A stretch of DNA of 64,000 bases from contig OZ255721.1 of assembly GCA_965277285.1 (NCBI GenBank), positions 3,264,001-3,328,000 on the forward strand, written 5' to 3'. The notes beneath the pieces were generated by a model, which ran no database searches, had not been told where the DNA came from, and saw only the letters and a list, made by a program, of their open reading frames with translations. This document shows positions 19,345 through 29,039 of this stretch, one piece after another. The first letter of the stretch is position 1. The number at the start of each line of letters is the position of its first letter. A program made the translations under genes and the position numbers. This DNA is from Abditibacteriaceae bacterium (GTDB taxonomy: Bacteria > Armatimonadota > Abditibacteriia > Abditibacteriales > Abditibacteriaceae).

Positions 19345-19361
19345 GTAACATTTCTTGTTAC
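19345..19361. promoter_or_regulatory. Second putative Rrf2 operator GTAAC-N7-GTTAC
   Basis: GTAACATTTCTTGTTAC directly upstream of the nemA SD. Confidence 0.7.
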
Positions 19362-19375
19362 GAAAAGGAGAAACG

Positions 19376-20491
19376 ATGAATCGATTGTTTGAGCCGTTGA
19401 AAGCGGGCGCTTTGGAGTTGTCGAATCGTGTTTTGATGGCGCCTTTGACGCGTTGCCGTGCGGTGGAAGCTCGCGTGCCGAACGACCTTATGCGCGAGTA
19501 TTACGTGCAACGCGCGAGTGCCGGTCTGGTTTTCACCGAAGCGACGGCGGTTACGCCGAAGGGCGTCGGTTATCCCGATACGGCGGGCATTTGGTCGCAG
19601 GAACAAGTCGCGGGTTGGAAGAAAATCACCGATGCGGTTCATGCGGTCGGCGGCAAAATCGTCTTGCAATTGTGGCACGTCGGGCGCATTTCCGATCCGA
19701 CTTATCTCGACGGTGAACTTCCTGTTGCGCCGAGCGCGATTGCCGCCAAAGGTCATGTTTCGCTGGTGCGACCTTTGAAAGATTATGTGGCGCCGCGCGC
19801 TTTGGAAACCAGCGAAATCGCGGGCGTGGTTGAAGAGTTTCGTCAGGGCGCGATCAATGCGAAGGAAGCCGGTTTCGATGGCGTGGAAGTTCATGGCGCC
19901 AATGGTTATTTGCCCGATCAGTTTTTGCAGAGCGGCACCAATCATCGCACCGATGAGTACGGCGGCTCGCTGGAAAATCGCGCGCGTTTTCTGCTGGAAA
20001 TCGTTGATGCTGCGACGGAGGTTTGGGGCGCGGATCGCGTCGGCGTGCATTTGTCGCCGCGCGGCGATGCGCACGATATGAGCGATGAAAATCCCGCCGA
20101 AACTTTTGGCTATGTCGCGCAACAATTGGGAAATCGCGGACTGGCGTTTTTGTGCGTGCGCGAAAGCGTCGAAGGCGATGTGCGCTACGGCGTGGAAATG
20201 AAGCGCGCCTTTCAGAACGCGGGCGGCGGCGCTTACTTTGCGAACCAGGGTTTCACGCAGGAAAGCGCCGAACGAGTACTCGAAAACGGCGAAGCCGATG
20301 CCGTCGCGTGGGGACAATTGTTCATCGCCAATCCCGATTTGCCGCGTCGCTTTGAACTGAATGCGCCGCTGAACACGCCCGATCCGGGCACGTTTTACGG
20401 CCAGGGCGCGCACGGCTACACCGATTATCCGGCGCTATCGGACGATCAGGTCGAATCGCTCAGCGAAGAACGCGAAACTGTAAACGCGTAA
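19376..20491 (+). CDS. nemA: Old yellow enzyme / alkene reductase (NemA-like)
   Basis: MAPLTRCRA, QLWHVGR, GFDGVEVHGANGYL, NHRTDEYGGSLENRARF, FIANPDLP. Confidence 0.9.
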   Translation: MNRLFEPLKAGALELSNRVLMAPLTRCRAVEARVPNDLMREYYVQRASAGLVFTEATAVTPKGVGYPDTAGIWSQEQVAGWKKITDAVHAVGGKIVLQLWHVGRISDPTYLDGELPVAPSAIAAKGHVSLVRPLKDYVAPRALETSEIAGVVEEFRQGAINAKEAGFDGVEVHGANGYLPDQFLQSGTNHRTDEYGGSLENRARFLLEIVDAATEVWGADRVGVHLSPRGDAHDMSDENPAETFGYVAQQLGNRGLAFLCVRESVEGDVRYGVEMKRAFQNAGGGAYFANQGFTQESAERVLENGEADAVAWGQLFIANPDLPRRFELNAPLNTPDPGTFYGQGAHGYTDYPALSDDQVESLSEERETVNA

Positions 20492-20510
20492 TTGTGGTTC
20501 CGGCTTTTAG

Positions 20511-20573
20511 CGAACCCGAAGCGTCAGCGAGGGAGATTTTACAGTTTTCTCCCTCGCTGACGCTTCGGGTTCG
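20511..20573. repeat. REP-like hairpin, family C (AACCCGAAGCGTCAGCGAGGGA...TCCCTCGCTGACGCTTCGGGTT)
   Basis: Inverted arms; copies at 32615-32694 and 43437-43512. Confidence 0.85.
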
Positions 20574-20662
20574 TTTTGCCGCCGAAGATATTCATCTTAT
20601 AAATAGAACAATCGTTCAGTAAGGAAACACAAAAAGCGTCGTCGTTCGGATAAACTGGCGTT

Positions 20663-23434
20663 ATGCCTGAAGAATCCAAATCGACACCGATGATGCGGCA
20701 ATGGGAGCGCATCAAAGCCCAATATCCCGACACGATTTTGATGTTCCGCATGGGCGACTTTTACGAATGTTTCGGCGAAGACGCGCAAATTGTGGCGCGC
20801 GAATGCGAAATTACGCTGACTTCACGCGATAAATCGACTAATGCAACACAAATGTGCGGTGTGCCGTATCACGCGGCGGAGCGTTACATCGCGCAAATGG
20901 TCGGCAAGGGCTATCGTTGCGCGATTTGCGATCAGGTCGAAGACCCCAAGCTGGCGCGTGGATTAGTTAAGCGCGAAGTGACGCGCGTTTTGTCACCCGG
21001 GACTTTGCTCGAAGATTCGTATCTCAACAGCGTCGGCGCGAGCAAAGCGAATAACTTTTTGGCTGCTATAAGCTGCGACAAAACCATGACGCATTTCGGC
21101 CTGGCTTTAGTCGATGTCTCGACCGGCGAGTTTTTAGCGGGCGAAGTCAGTGGTCAATTGTCGGTGAATAGTGGTCAGAAAGAGGCTGAATCGCCATGCG
21201 CGCCCGCTGAATCGTCAACTGTTGAGCCGCAATCGTCAATTGACCAAACGCCCGATAATGCGCAGGAATCGAGTACTCGATGGGCGGCTTTGCGCGAAGA
21301 ATTGCTGCGTTTCGCTCCCGCGGAAATTCTTGTGCCGCAACAATTGCGCGAGTGCGCGGCGTTCTGGCAAATGCTGCAAAATTACGATTTGCGCGCCACG
21401 CCGTTCGATGCGCAAGGCTTTGATTCCTCTCGCCAAAAGTTGCTCAATCACTTTCATACATCGAGTTTGCGCGGCTTTGGAATCGAAGAACTGCCGCACG
21501 CGCAAGACGCCGCGGCGCTGGTTCTCGATTATCTGCGCTCGACGCATTTGGGAGCGCTCGGGCATTTGCGACGCATCAGCGTTCTCAGCCAAAACGAATG
21601 GATGTTGCTTGATAACGCGACGCGGCGCAACCTTGAACTCGTGCAAAGTTTGCGCGATGGCAGCGCGCGCGGAACGCTCTTCGCCTTGCTCGATGAAACG
21701 CGAACTGGCGCCGGCGCAAGGTTGTTGAAAAAGTGGATTTTGCAGCCGTTGCTTTCAAAAAGTCGCATTGAAAATCGTCAGGACGCGGTTTCGGAATTAT
21801 TGAACGATACGCTGTTGCGCGGCGATGTGCGCGATTTGCTCAAAGGCATCGGCGACATCGAACGTTTGGTGGCGCGCGCTGTGGCTGGTCAGGGAAACGC
21901 GCGCGATCTTGTCGCTTTAAGAAACGCGCTGCAAACGCTTCCGGCGTTGCAAACCGCTTTATCGAGTACTCGATCTCGCGCAATTGAAACCGTCAAAACG
22001 CATTTGAATCCCGCACCAGAACTCGCGCGATTATTAGCCAACGCGATTGCCGATGAACCTCCAGCGACGCTCAACGACGGCGGTTTAATCCGCGACGGCT
22101 ACGACGAAGAACTGGAAACGACGCGGCGAGAAGCGCGCGAAGGTCGCGTTTGGGTCGCGCAATTGGAAGAAAGCGAACGTTTGCGAACCGGCATCAAAAA
22201 CCTGAAAGTCGGGTTCAATAACGTTTTTGGCTATTACATCGAAATCTCGAAAGTCAATCAGTCGCAAGTTCCGCCCGAATATGTGCGCAAGCAAACCACC
22301 GCCAACGCCGAACGTTACATTACCGAAGAACTGAAAGACAAAGAAAAAGTGATTTTGGGCGCGCAGGACAAAATCAACGAGCGTGAAAAAGAAATTTTCG
22401 AGGGCGTTCGCCGCGAGGTCGCAAGCCAGGCTGCGCCTTTGATGGACACGGCGCGCGCCCTTGCGTATTTGGATGTTTACGCCGGTTTCGCCGAAGTCGC
22501 CAGTCGCCGCGATTATGCGCGTCCGGTGATTTCCGAAGATCGAGTACTCGACATTCGCAGCGGTCGGCATCCGGTTGTCGAAGTCGCGTCGAAAGAACCG
22601 TTTGTGCCCAACGATTGCGTGATGGACGCCGATTCGCAGCAGGTTCTCATCATCACTGGCCCGAATGCCAGCGGCAAATCGACGTTCTTGCGCCAGGTCG
22701 CGCTGATCGGTTTGATGGCGCAAATTGGCAGTTTCGTGCCCGCCAAAAGCGCGACGATTGGTTTGCTGGATCGCATTTTTACGCGCGTCGGAGCGCAGGA
22801 CGATCTGGCGACGGGACAAAGCACTTTCACGGTGGAGATGAACGAAACCGCGAATATCCTGAACAACGCGACGCCGCAAAGCCTTGTCATTTTGGATGAA
22901 GTCGGGCGCGGAACGTCGACTTATGACGGGCTTTCAATCGCGTGGGCGGTCGCCGAATTCTTGCACGAGCGCGGGCCAAAAACGCTTTTTGCGACGCATT
23001 ATCATCATTTGAACGAACTGGAAGAACGCTTGCCACGCGCCAAGAATTATCGCATCGCGGTGAAAGAAGACGGCGATCACATCATCTTTTTGCGGCGCAT
23101 CATTCGCGGCGGGACGGACAGAAGTTTCGGAATTCAAGTCGCGCGCCTGGCTGGACTTCCCGAAAGCGTCATCACGCGCGCCAAAGAATTGCTGGAAAGT
23201 TTCTCGCGCGAAAAACTGCGCGGCCTGGAAGTTCAACCGAACGCGTTGCCAACCGCGCGTCCATTGAGCGATCATACATCGCTGTTTGAAAACCACCAAA
23301 ACGGCGATTCGAGTACTCGAACTGTTGTTCATCCGGTCGTCGAAGAATTAAAAACATTGGATGTCGATAATTTGACGCCGATGGAAGCGATTTTGAAGTT
23401 GCAAGATTTGCGCAAACAAGCGATCAGCGATTGA
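20663..23434 (+). CDS. mutS: DNA mismatch repair protein MutS
   Basis: TPMMRQW, FRMGDFYE, ITGPNASGKST, STFTVEM, DEVGRGTSTYDG, FATHYH, SFGIQVARLAGLP. Confidence 0.98.
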   Translation: MPEESKSTPMMRQWERIKAQYPDTILMFRMGDFYECFGEDAQIVARECEITLTSRDKSTNATQMCGVPYHAAERYIAQMVGKGYRCAICDQVEDPKLARGLVKREVTRVLSPGTLLEDSYLNSVGASKANNFLAAISCDKTMTHFGLALVDVSTGEFLAGEVSGQLSVNSGQKEAESPCAPAESSTVEPQSSIDQTPDNAQESSTRWAALREELLRFAPAEILVPQQLRECAAFWQMLQNYDLRATPFDAQGFDSSRQKLLNHFHTSSLRGFGIEELPHAQDAAALVLDYLRSTHLGALGHLRRISVLSQNEWMLLDNATRRNLELVQSLRDGSARGTLFALLDETRTGAGARLLKKWILQPLLSKSRIENRQDAVSELLNDTLLRGDVRDLLKGIGDIERLVARAVAGQGNARDLVALRNALQTLPALQTALSSTRSRAIETVKTHLNPAPELARLLANAIADEPPATLNDGGLIRDGYDEELETTRREAREGRVWVAQLEESERLRTGIKNLKVGFNNVFGYYIEISKVNQSQVPPEYVRKQTTANAERYITEELKDKEKVILGAQDKINEREKEIFEGVRREVASQAAPLMDTARALAYLDVYAGFAEVASRRDYARPVISEDRVLDIRSGRHPVVEVASKEPFVPNDCVMDADSQQVLIITGPNASGKSTFLRQVALIGLMAQIGSFVPAKSATIGLLDRIFTRVGAQDDLATGQSTFTVEMNETANILNNATPQSLVILDEVGRGTSTYDGLSIAWAVAEFLHERGPKTLFATHYHHLNELEERLPRAKNYRIAVKEDGDHIIFLRRIIRGGTDRSFGIQVARLAGLPESVITRAKELLESFSREKLRGLEVQPNALPTARPLSDHTSLFENHQNGDSSTRTVVHPVVEELKTLDVDNLTPMEAILKLQDLRKQAISD

Positions 23435-23915
23435 ACGACGTGACGTTTTGTGTTTGATATTCTTTGTACAATTCTGCGAAGTCCGTGTTCGGAATCCATT
23501 TGAACTCAAGGTGCTGGAGTTCGCTAAAGGCGACGAATAAATCGCCCAAACGATTGATAGAGGCTGGTTCGGCCTTTAAGGAAAAGCGGCAAACGCCTTC
23601 ATTCGGCTCGCTTTGGTTTTGATTGATCTCAACTTGCAAAGCGCAGCTTCCACAAGAGCCGACCGCATAAAAGCGTATGATGAAATTGCGATAGAAATTT
23701 GAGTCCGGATCGCTCGAACCATATTCATATTTGTATTCGTCGCCTACAACTTTTGGAAAAGTTTGCAGGACGCGTCCAATATCAGCCAAATCGCTGACAT
23801 TGCAGTAGATGTCGGTGCTTCCACTGAAAGCGCCGTTTGAAACCACAATTTCCAATTGCGTGTGATGTGGTTCCTCATATGGAACGCGTCGAACTATCAG
23901 ATAGGAATCATTCAT
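23424..23915 (-). CDS. Hypothetical protein (AT-richer)
   Basis: ORF convergent with and slightly overlapping the mutS end; start uncertain. Confidence 0.6.
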   Translation of the reverse strand: MNDSYLIVRRVPYEEPHHTQLEIVVSNGAFSGSTDIYCNVSDLADIGRVLQTFPKVVGDEYKYEYGSSDPDSNFYRNFIIRFYAVGSCGSCALQVEINQNQSEPNEGVCRFSLKAEPASINRLGDLFVAFSELQHLEFKWIPNTDFAELYKEYQTQNVTSFNR

Positions 23916-24025
23916 TACGAGAATATACAACAGGCGAGCACCCGCAAAGGTTTTGTCACAGCCTCGTTTGTTCGTCCTCGCTGCTTGCCGCTGTCAAGTG
24001 CCGCCTGATTTGCTATCCTTTTCGC

Positions 24026-24268
24026 GTGCCTCTTCTCATTGGAATCGTTTTGTTGGCGCTGGGGATTTCTCTGGCGGTCGCGGTCTGGTCGTCCGCCTTT
24101 GTCGCGGCACTGGAAGTTTTCGCGGTTATCGCGTTGCTTTCCGTCGGCTTGATCTTTTTCCTGGTCGGATATTCGGCGACCAAAGCGGCGCGCAGTTGCG
24201 CCGAAGCGATGGACGAAGAAGATGACAAAGCGAAAAACGATTTGCAATCGGCGTCAGTGGAATCGTAA
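24026..24268 (+). CDS. Small membrane protein
   Basis: Two hydrophobic helices; GTG start 6 nt after a TATCCT -10-like box. Confidence 0.6.
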   Translation: MPLLIGIVLLALGISLAVAVWSSAFVAALEVFAVIALLSVGLIFFLVGYSATKAARSCAEAMDEEDDKAKNDLQSASVES

Positions 24269-24284
24269 AGACGTTATGAAAACG

Positions 24285-24316
24285 AAAAAGCCGGAGCAAT
24301 TACGCTCCGGCTTTTT
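24285..24316. terminator. Bidirectional intrinsic terminator
   Basis: AAAAAGCCGGAGC-loop-GCTCCGGCTTTTT between convergent genes. Confidence 0.8.
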
Positions 24317-24394
24317 GGCGTTCTCTCATAAAGTGAACGTCTGTTATTGCGGAAGGACGTTCGCTTTCTGGCGTTTCGAGTACTCGAAACGTTG

Positions 24395-25393
24395 TTAGCT
24401 CATCTTCTCGACATCAATACGAACGTTCGCCGCGCCGAATAACTGCGTCGTGGATTTTTGACCGTTGACAACCGCGCTGGCGCTACCACCGTAGCGTTGC
24501 GCGATGTTAGCCGAGCGCGTGAAGCCGGTCACTTCATCTAAAATCGTGGTGCCGGAATAAGTTCCCGTAAGCGCCATTTGCACTGCTGCGGGGCCAAGAG
24601 AAACAGTTTTCTGCGCGTCACCGATAGATAATGTGCCGCTTTCGCCGATGGAAATCAGGCCATTGGCGCGACCTTGCAACGTGCGCTTTAGATTGATGAC
24701 GAAAGGCAATTGTCCGTTCGTTTCGACGCGCTGCGTCCACGAAGAGCCGATGCGAGTCGGGTTTTCGGGATACATCATGCCCGATTGTTGTATTAGGCTC
24801 TTGATGAAATTATCGCCGAACATTTTTTTCATGCCGTCCTGCATTTGCTGCCTCATCTGCGACGTCATGCCGGGCGATTTCGTGCCGGTGAACGCTTTCT
24901 GCCAGATGTTGTCCAAGCCTCGCACATCGGAAACCTGGCCTGCAGGCGAAATTTTCATCTCGATTTTCTGGCCGACCAAAGCCTGCCCCGCCATGGTCGC
25001 CGCCGCCGGCATTGCCTGCGTTTTGCCGTTCATCTTGATCGTGCCCGTGCTGTTTATGTCGCCATACGTCATGCGAATTTGCGTCGTGCCATCGGGATTG
25101 TTCCACAAAACGGCGTAATCCAAAACGTTGGTACTGGTGCTGGAAATCTCCATCTTTTGCGACGGACGACCGCTTATCATCGGCGTGAGAACCACCATTT
25201 TCGTCTGCGAAGTTTGCGTCATCTGATAGCGACTGCCAGGCTTCAAGTGCAAGCGCAGCGTCACGTATTCCGCCGACGCTTTGCCCATACTCACGACCGC
25301 ATTGTCATCGTTGGTCGGTTGCGCGCTGACAACGTGACCAATTCCAAAACACGCGCTCAGCGCGATGGCGCTCACGACATTTTTTCGTTTCAT
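24395..25393 (-). CDS. Secreted beta-rich protein (DUF6263-like)
   Basis: AAGGAG SD, signal peptide; L+LHLKPG..Y, ISPAGQVSDVRG, YPENP.RIGSSW pattern. Confidence 0.6.
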   Translation of the reverse strand: MKRKNVVSAIALSACFGIGHVVSAQPTNDDNAVVSMGKASAEYVTLRLHLKPGSRYQMTQTSQTKMVVLTPMISGRPSQKMEISSTSTNVLDYAVLWNNPDGTTQIRMTYGDINSTGTIKMNGKTQAMPAAATMAGQALVGQKIEMKISPAGQVSDVRGLDNIWQKAFTGTKSPGMTSQMRQQMQDGMKKMFGDNFIKSLIQQSGMMYPENPTRIGSSWTQRVETNGQLPFVINLKRTLQGRANGLISIGESGTLSIGDAQKTVSLGPAAVQMALTGTYSGTTILDEVTGFTRSANIAQRYGGSASAVVNGQKSTTQLFGAANVRIDVEKMS

Positions 25394-25431
25394 AATTTCT
25401 CCTTTTCGAGTACCCGATATTGTAACGTATT

Positions 25432-26376
25432 TCACTCCGTCTTTTGTTGACGTTTCGCCGTCTGACCTTTCCAGAACCAGCGGCCTAAAATGAAGGTAAT
25501 CAAAAAGACAATCGGACCTTGCGCCCAGTAGGCAGTAACGCCCAGCGCCGTTAAAAGTCGGAAACCAATGGGGATGATCACAAAGCCGCAAACGGCTCCC
25601 CAACCTGTCCAAGCCAGTGTCACCGATTTTGTCTTGCGCGATGGTTCAAACACGAGCAAGACGAGCAGAAAGGTGACAAGCAACAATGCGACAACCCCTA
25701 ACCAAATTAATGCGAGATATGCCGCCGGTTGATGAAGCATGGTAGCTGAGGAAAACGTCAGCGGCATTAAAGCATAAAGTCCCATGGCGACTTGAGCCAA
25801 TGCAAATCGAACTCGACTAATTACACTTTTTCCTTGCATCTGCGCGTGATGCCAATCCTTCCAAGCCAGCGTGAACGAAACGACAAGAGCCAGCCCGCAC
25901 AAGAAAAACATTGCAATAGCGAGCATCTGATCCAAAGCGAAGTTCTTGTGCAACAAGGTATCTTTGACCAGCGACACCAAAGACGGCGAAACGATCAATG
26001 GAAACAGCCAAACAATGCGCTTTGCAAATGTTGTTTTCTGCCAGTCGTCTTGCATTGTTACTGTGGCCTGACGAACTTTTTCGATACGTTCAAGCAACGA
26101 CAATCCACCCAAATCCCACTCGCGGTTTTCCCACTCCAAGGCCAGCAAACGCCCGATTTCCTTTGGGTCGCCGAACTGCTGCAAGGCGCTTTCGAGTACT
26201 CGATTCGGCTCGCGCTTCATCGCAATCAGCGATTGCAAATGCGCGCCAATCTCCTGACGAATTTCGCCCTGCGTGTCTTGCGGCAAATCGTGGAGCGGCG
26301 CGCACAACGTATTCAGATAACTTTCGATTGTTGCATTTTCGCTGATGTCAGCTTTCTGTACTTGAGAATCCATCAT
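25432..26376 (-). CDS. PadR-associated membrane protein (N-terminal HAAS/permease-prefix-like domain)
   Basis: IESYL..L...L..LP.....EIRQEI..HL, ALQQFGDPKEIG, followed by TM helices. Confidence 0.75.
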   Translation of the reverse strand: MMDSQVQKADISENATIESYLNTLCAPLHDLPQDTQGEIRQEIGAHLQSLIAMKREPNRVLESALQQFGDPKEIGRLLALEWENREWDLGGLSLLERIEKVRQATVTMQDDWQKTTFAKRIVWLFPLIVSPSLVSLVKDTLLHKNFALDQMLAIAMFFLCGLALVVSFTLAWKDWHHAQMQGKSVISRVRFALAQVAMGLYALMPLTFSSATMLHQPAAYLALIWLGVVALLLVTFLLVLLVFEPSRKTKSVTLAWTGWGAVCGFVIIPIGFRLLTALGVTAYWAQGPIVFLITFILGRWFWKGQTAKRQQKTE

Positions 26377-26695
26377 TGCCTCCTAAAACACGGCTCATCG
26401 CCGTATTCAATTTCTGCCACGCCTGCGCGCGCTGCTCCAAATCTTTTTTACCTTTGGGCGTCAGCGTGTAAATCTTGCGCGCCGGGCCGCTCGCTTGAAT
26501 CTCCCAGTTGCCCGCAACCAATTCGTCGTTTTCAAGCGCGCGCAAAGCCGGATACAGAATTCCTTCCTGGCACGTCAAAACGCTGTCGCTGCGCCGCTCG
26601 ATTTCGCGCGCAATCGCATAACCATGCAACGGCCCAACTTTCAACACCGCCAAAATCAACGTGTGCATGCTGCTCTTTGTTAATTCACGTCCCAC
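26348..26695 (-). CDS. PadR family transcriptional regulator
   Basis: LILAVL..GPLHGYAI, EGILYPALRALE, RKIYTLT.KG. Confidence 0.92.
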   Translation of the reverse strand: MGRELTKSSMHTLILAVLKVGPLHGYAIAREIERRSDSVLTCQEGILYPALRALENDELVAGNWEIQASGPARKIYTLTPKGKKDLEQRAQAWQKLNTAMSRVLGGNDGFSSTES

Positions 26696-26716
26696 AACTC
26701 ACCTCCAAATCATCGA

Positions 26717-26751
26717 TACATATATTATATAGGTAATAAATCGAATGTCAA
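26717..26751 (-). promoter_or_regulatory. Sigma70 promoter of padR overlapped by a 19-bp imperfect palindrome (candidate PadR operator)
   Basis: Minus strand TTGACA (26751-26746)-N16-TATAAT (26729-26724); TACATATATTATATAGGTA at 26717-26735. Confidence 0.65.
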
Positions 26752-26809
26752 GAGAGTTGGGAAATTGTTTTGAAAAGCTCCGCGTTCTCTTTCCGAATGG
26801 TGTTCTAAG

Positions 26810-26960
26810 TAGGTGTAGAGAAAGTACGCGAAACGCCTTGAAACTCGCAGTTTGTCATTCTGAGCGCAGCGAAGAATCTGGCTGAAGTTAGATTCTTCGC
26901 TACGCTCAGAATGACAAACTTCCACTTACAAGCGTTTTTGGCACTTTGTTTACAACCTCT
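26810..26960. repeat. Family A hairpin (26848-26920) inside imperfect terminal inverted repeats
   Basis: Homologous to 18513-18696, including the AAGCGTTTTTGG.ACTTTGTTT.CA end. Confidence 0.65.
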
Positions 26961-26995
26961 GAGCGCAGCAATGCCGAGGAAGTTCGAGTACTCGA

Positions 26996-28927
26996 TTAGC
27001 GGGTTTTCTTTGGTTTGGTGACTTTTGCGATGGTTTGAGGAAAGGCGGCTTCGAGGATTTTTTTGGCGATGGGTCCCGCGTTATCGACGCCGTGACCGGA
27101 GTTTTCGACGATGACGGCGATGGCGATGGTCGGGTTTTTGTAGGGCGCGAAGCAGACGAACCAGGCGTGCGGCAGCGTGTTGTGCGCGTCTTCGGCGCTG
27201 CCGGTTTTGCCCGCGACTTCGATGTTGGGCAACGCAATCGGCCTGCCGGTTCCGCTGGTTACGACGGCGCGCATTCCGTTGCGCACCATATCGAGGTAAC
27301 GGCGCTCGATGCCGACGCTTTGGCCTTTGGGCTGGAAGCGTTCGAGTACTCGATTGCCGCTTGGGTCGCGCATTTCGCGCAAAAGATGCGGCTGCCAGAG
27401 CGTTCCGCCGTTGGCGACGGCGCCCGTGGCGAGCGCCATTTGCAGCGGCGTCGCCAGGACATCGCCCTGACCGATGCTCATGTTGAGCGTATTTCCCGCA
27501 TACCAGTGCGCCATGTCGGGGTTTTTGGGGAAACGCTTTTTGCGCCACGCCGGATCGGGAATCAGGCCGCGCTGATCAATTGGCAAGTCGATATTGGTCG
27601 CTTCACCCAGACCGAAACGGCGCGCGACTTTGGCCAGATAGGTCGGGCCGCTGCTTTCGGGATCTCCCATTCTGAGGGCGCTTTGATAAAAGAACACGTC
27701 GCACGATTTGGCGAGCGCACCGGTCAAGTTTTCAGCGCCATGAACCTGCCAGCATTTGAAATAGCGTCCCAATTTGAGGCCGCCAGTGCAAACGTAAACC
27801 GTGTTCTGCGTGATGGTTCCCTGCTGCAAACCCGCCGAAGCGGTGATCATTTTGAAAGTCGAGCCAGGCGGAAAACGACTTGTCACGGCGCGGTTGATAA
27901 GCGGATGTTTCGGGTCTTGATTAAGTTGCAGCCAGACTTTCTGGAACTGTGCCTTGGGCAAGCCGAAGATATTCGGATCGAAAGTCGGGCGCGATGCGAG
28001 TGCCAAAACTTCGCCGTTGCGCGGATCAATGACCGCCGCGGCACCGCTATTTTTCGCTTGATCGAGGGCGTTTTCGGCGGCTTTTTGCAGTTTCGCATTG
28101 AGACTGAGAACCAAAGTGTGGCCGGGAACTTCGGGTTTCAGGCCGCGTTGCTCGATTGGGCGACCGCGCGCGTCCACTTCAAATTGTTGCGCGCCGCTGG
28201 TTCCGGCCAGCATCGTATCGTATTCTTTTTCCAACCCAATTTTGCCGATCACGTCGTCGTATTTCAGGTCGCGGACGGGCTTTCGAGTACTCGAATTGAC
28301 AGGCGTCAGTGCAGCGTCGCGCGATTTTTCCAGATCGTCGGCTGTCACCATTCCGCTGTAGCCCAAAACGTGCGCCGCCATTTTTCCATTGGGATAAACG
28401 CGCGTCAGGTCGTCAGTGACGAGAACGGCAGGCCCGAGACGCGCCTTGTTTTCTTCGATGCGCGTAATGGTGTGCAGATCGACATCGACCGGCAGATGAA
28501 CCGGATCATAAGGCCGCCCGCCTTTTTCGCGCGCGTCGGTAATTTGCGCTTCGATTTGCAGCGGCGACATTCCGATCAGAAACCCCAGCGTTTGCAAAAT
28601 GCCGTTGCGACCTTGCGGATCGCGGCGCGCGGAGGGCAATGCGGCAGGAACAACCGCGACCGAATGAGAGGCGCGCGAAGTCGCTAAGACGACACCGTTG
28701 CGGTCGAGAATAAGGCCGCGCGGCGCGGAAATCGGCACGTCGCGCGTTTGATTGTGGTGCGCCTGCGCGAGGAAATCAGCGCCGTGCGCGACTTGCAAAA
28801 ACCACAGGCGCGCCAGCAAAAGCGAAAAGACGACGACCAGTACGCCGCCGCACATCCAGGCGCGACGACGCACCATTTGCGGCTCGACAATCGTCCATCC
28901 ACCTTTCTCACGGTAAGTGCGAATCAT
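26996..28927 (-). CDS. mrdA: Penicillin-binding protein 2
   Basis: N-terminal TM, APRGLILDRNG, PPGSTFK (SxxK), SCD (SxD), GKTGSAE; start uncertain. Confidence 0.93.
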   Translation of the reverse strand: MIRTYREKGGWTIVEPQMVRRRAWMCGGVLVVVFSLLLARLWFLQVAHGADFLAQAHHNQTRDVPISAPRGLILDRNGVVLATSRASHSVAVVPAALPSARRDPQGRNGILQTLGFLIGMSPLQIEAQITDAREKGGRPYDPVHLPVDVDLHTITRIEENKARLGPAVLVTDDLTRVYPNGKMAAHVLGYSGMVTADDLEKSRDAALTPVNSSTRKPVRDLKYDDVIGKIGLEKEYDTMLAGTSGAQQFEVDARGRPIEQRGLKPEVPGHTLVLSLNAKLQKAAENALDQAKNSGAAAVIDPRNGEVLALASRPTFDPNIFGLPKAQFQKVWLQLNQDPKHPLINRAVTSRFPPGSTFKMITASAGLQQGTITQNTVYVCTGGLKLGRYFKCWQVHGAENLTGALAKSCDVFFYQSALRMGDPESSGPTYLAKVARRFGLGEATNIDLPIDQRGLIPDPAWRKKRFPKNPDMAHWYAGNTLNMSIGQGDVLATPLQMALATGAVANGGTLWQPHLLREMRDPSGNRVLERFQPKGQSVGIERRYLDMVRNGMRAVVTSGTGRPIALPNIEVAGKTGSAEDAHNTLPHAWFVCFAPYKNPTIAIAVIVENSGHGVDNAGPIAKKILEAAFPQTIAKVTKPKKTR

Positions 28928-28930
28928 AAT

Positions 28931-29037
28931 GTAGGGGCGAAGCATGCTTCGCCCGCGCTTTGACGAATCGAGTACTCGATACCAGCATTGTGTGACATCA
29001 ATGCGGCATCAAAGGGCGAAGCATGCTTCGCCCCCAC
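28931..29037. repeat. Inverted doublet of family B REP elements enclosing palindrome copy 28968
   Basis: GTAGGGGCGAAGCATGCTTCGCCC ... GGGCGAAGCATGCTTCGCCCCCAC. Confidence 0.7.
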
Positions 29038-29039
29038 AG

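Noticed and set aside
27035..28687. Long antisense ORFs (for example 27035-28687, 40012-41322, 12201-13229, 19358-20413, 10710-11675)
   Set aside because: They are shadow frames of well-identified genes on the opposite strand in GC-rich DNA, with no recognisable motifs.
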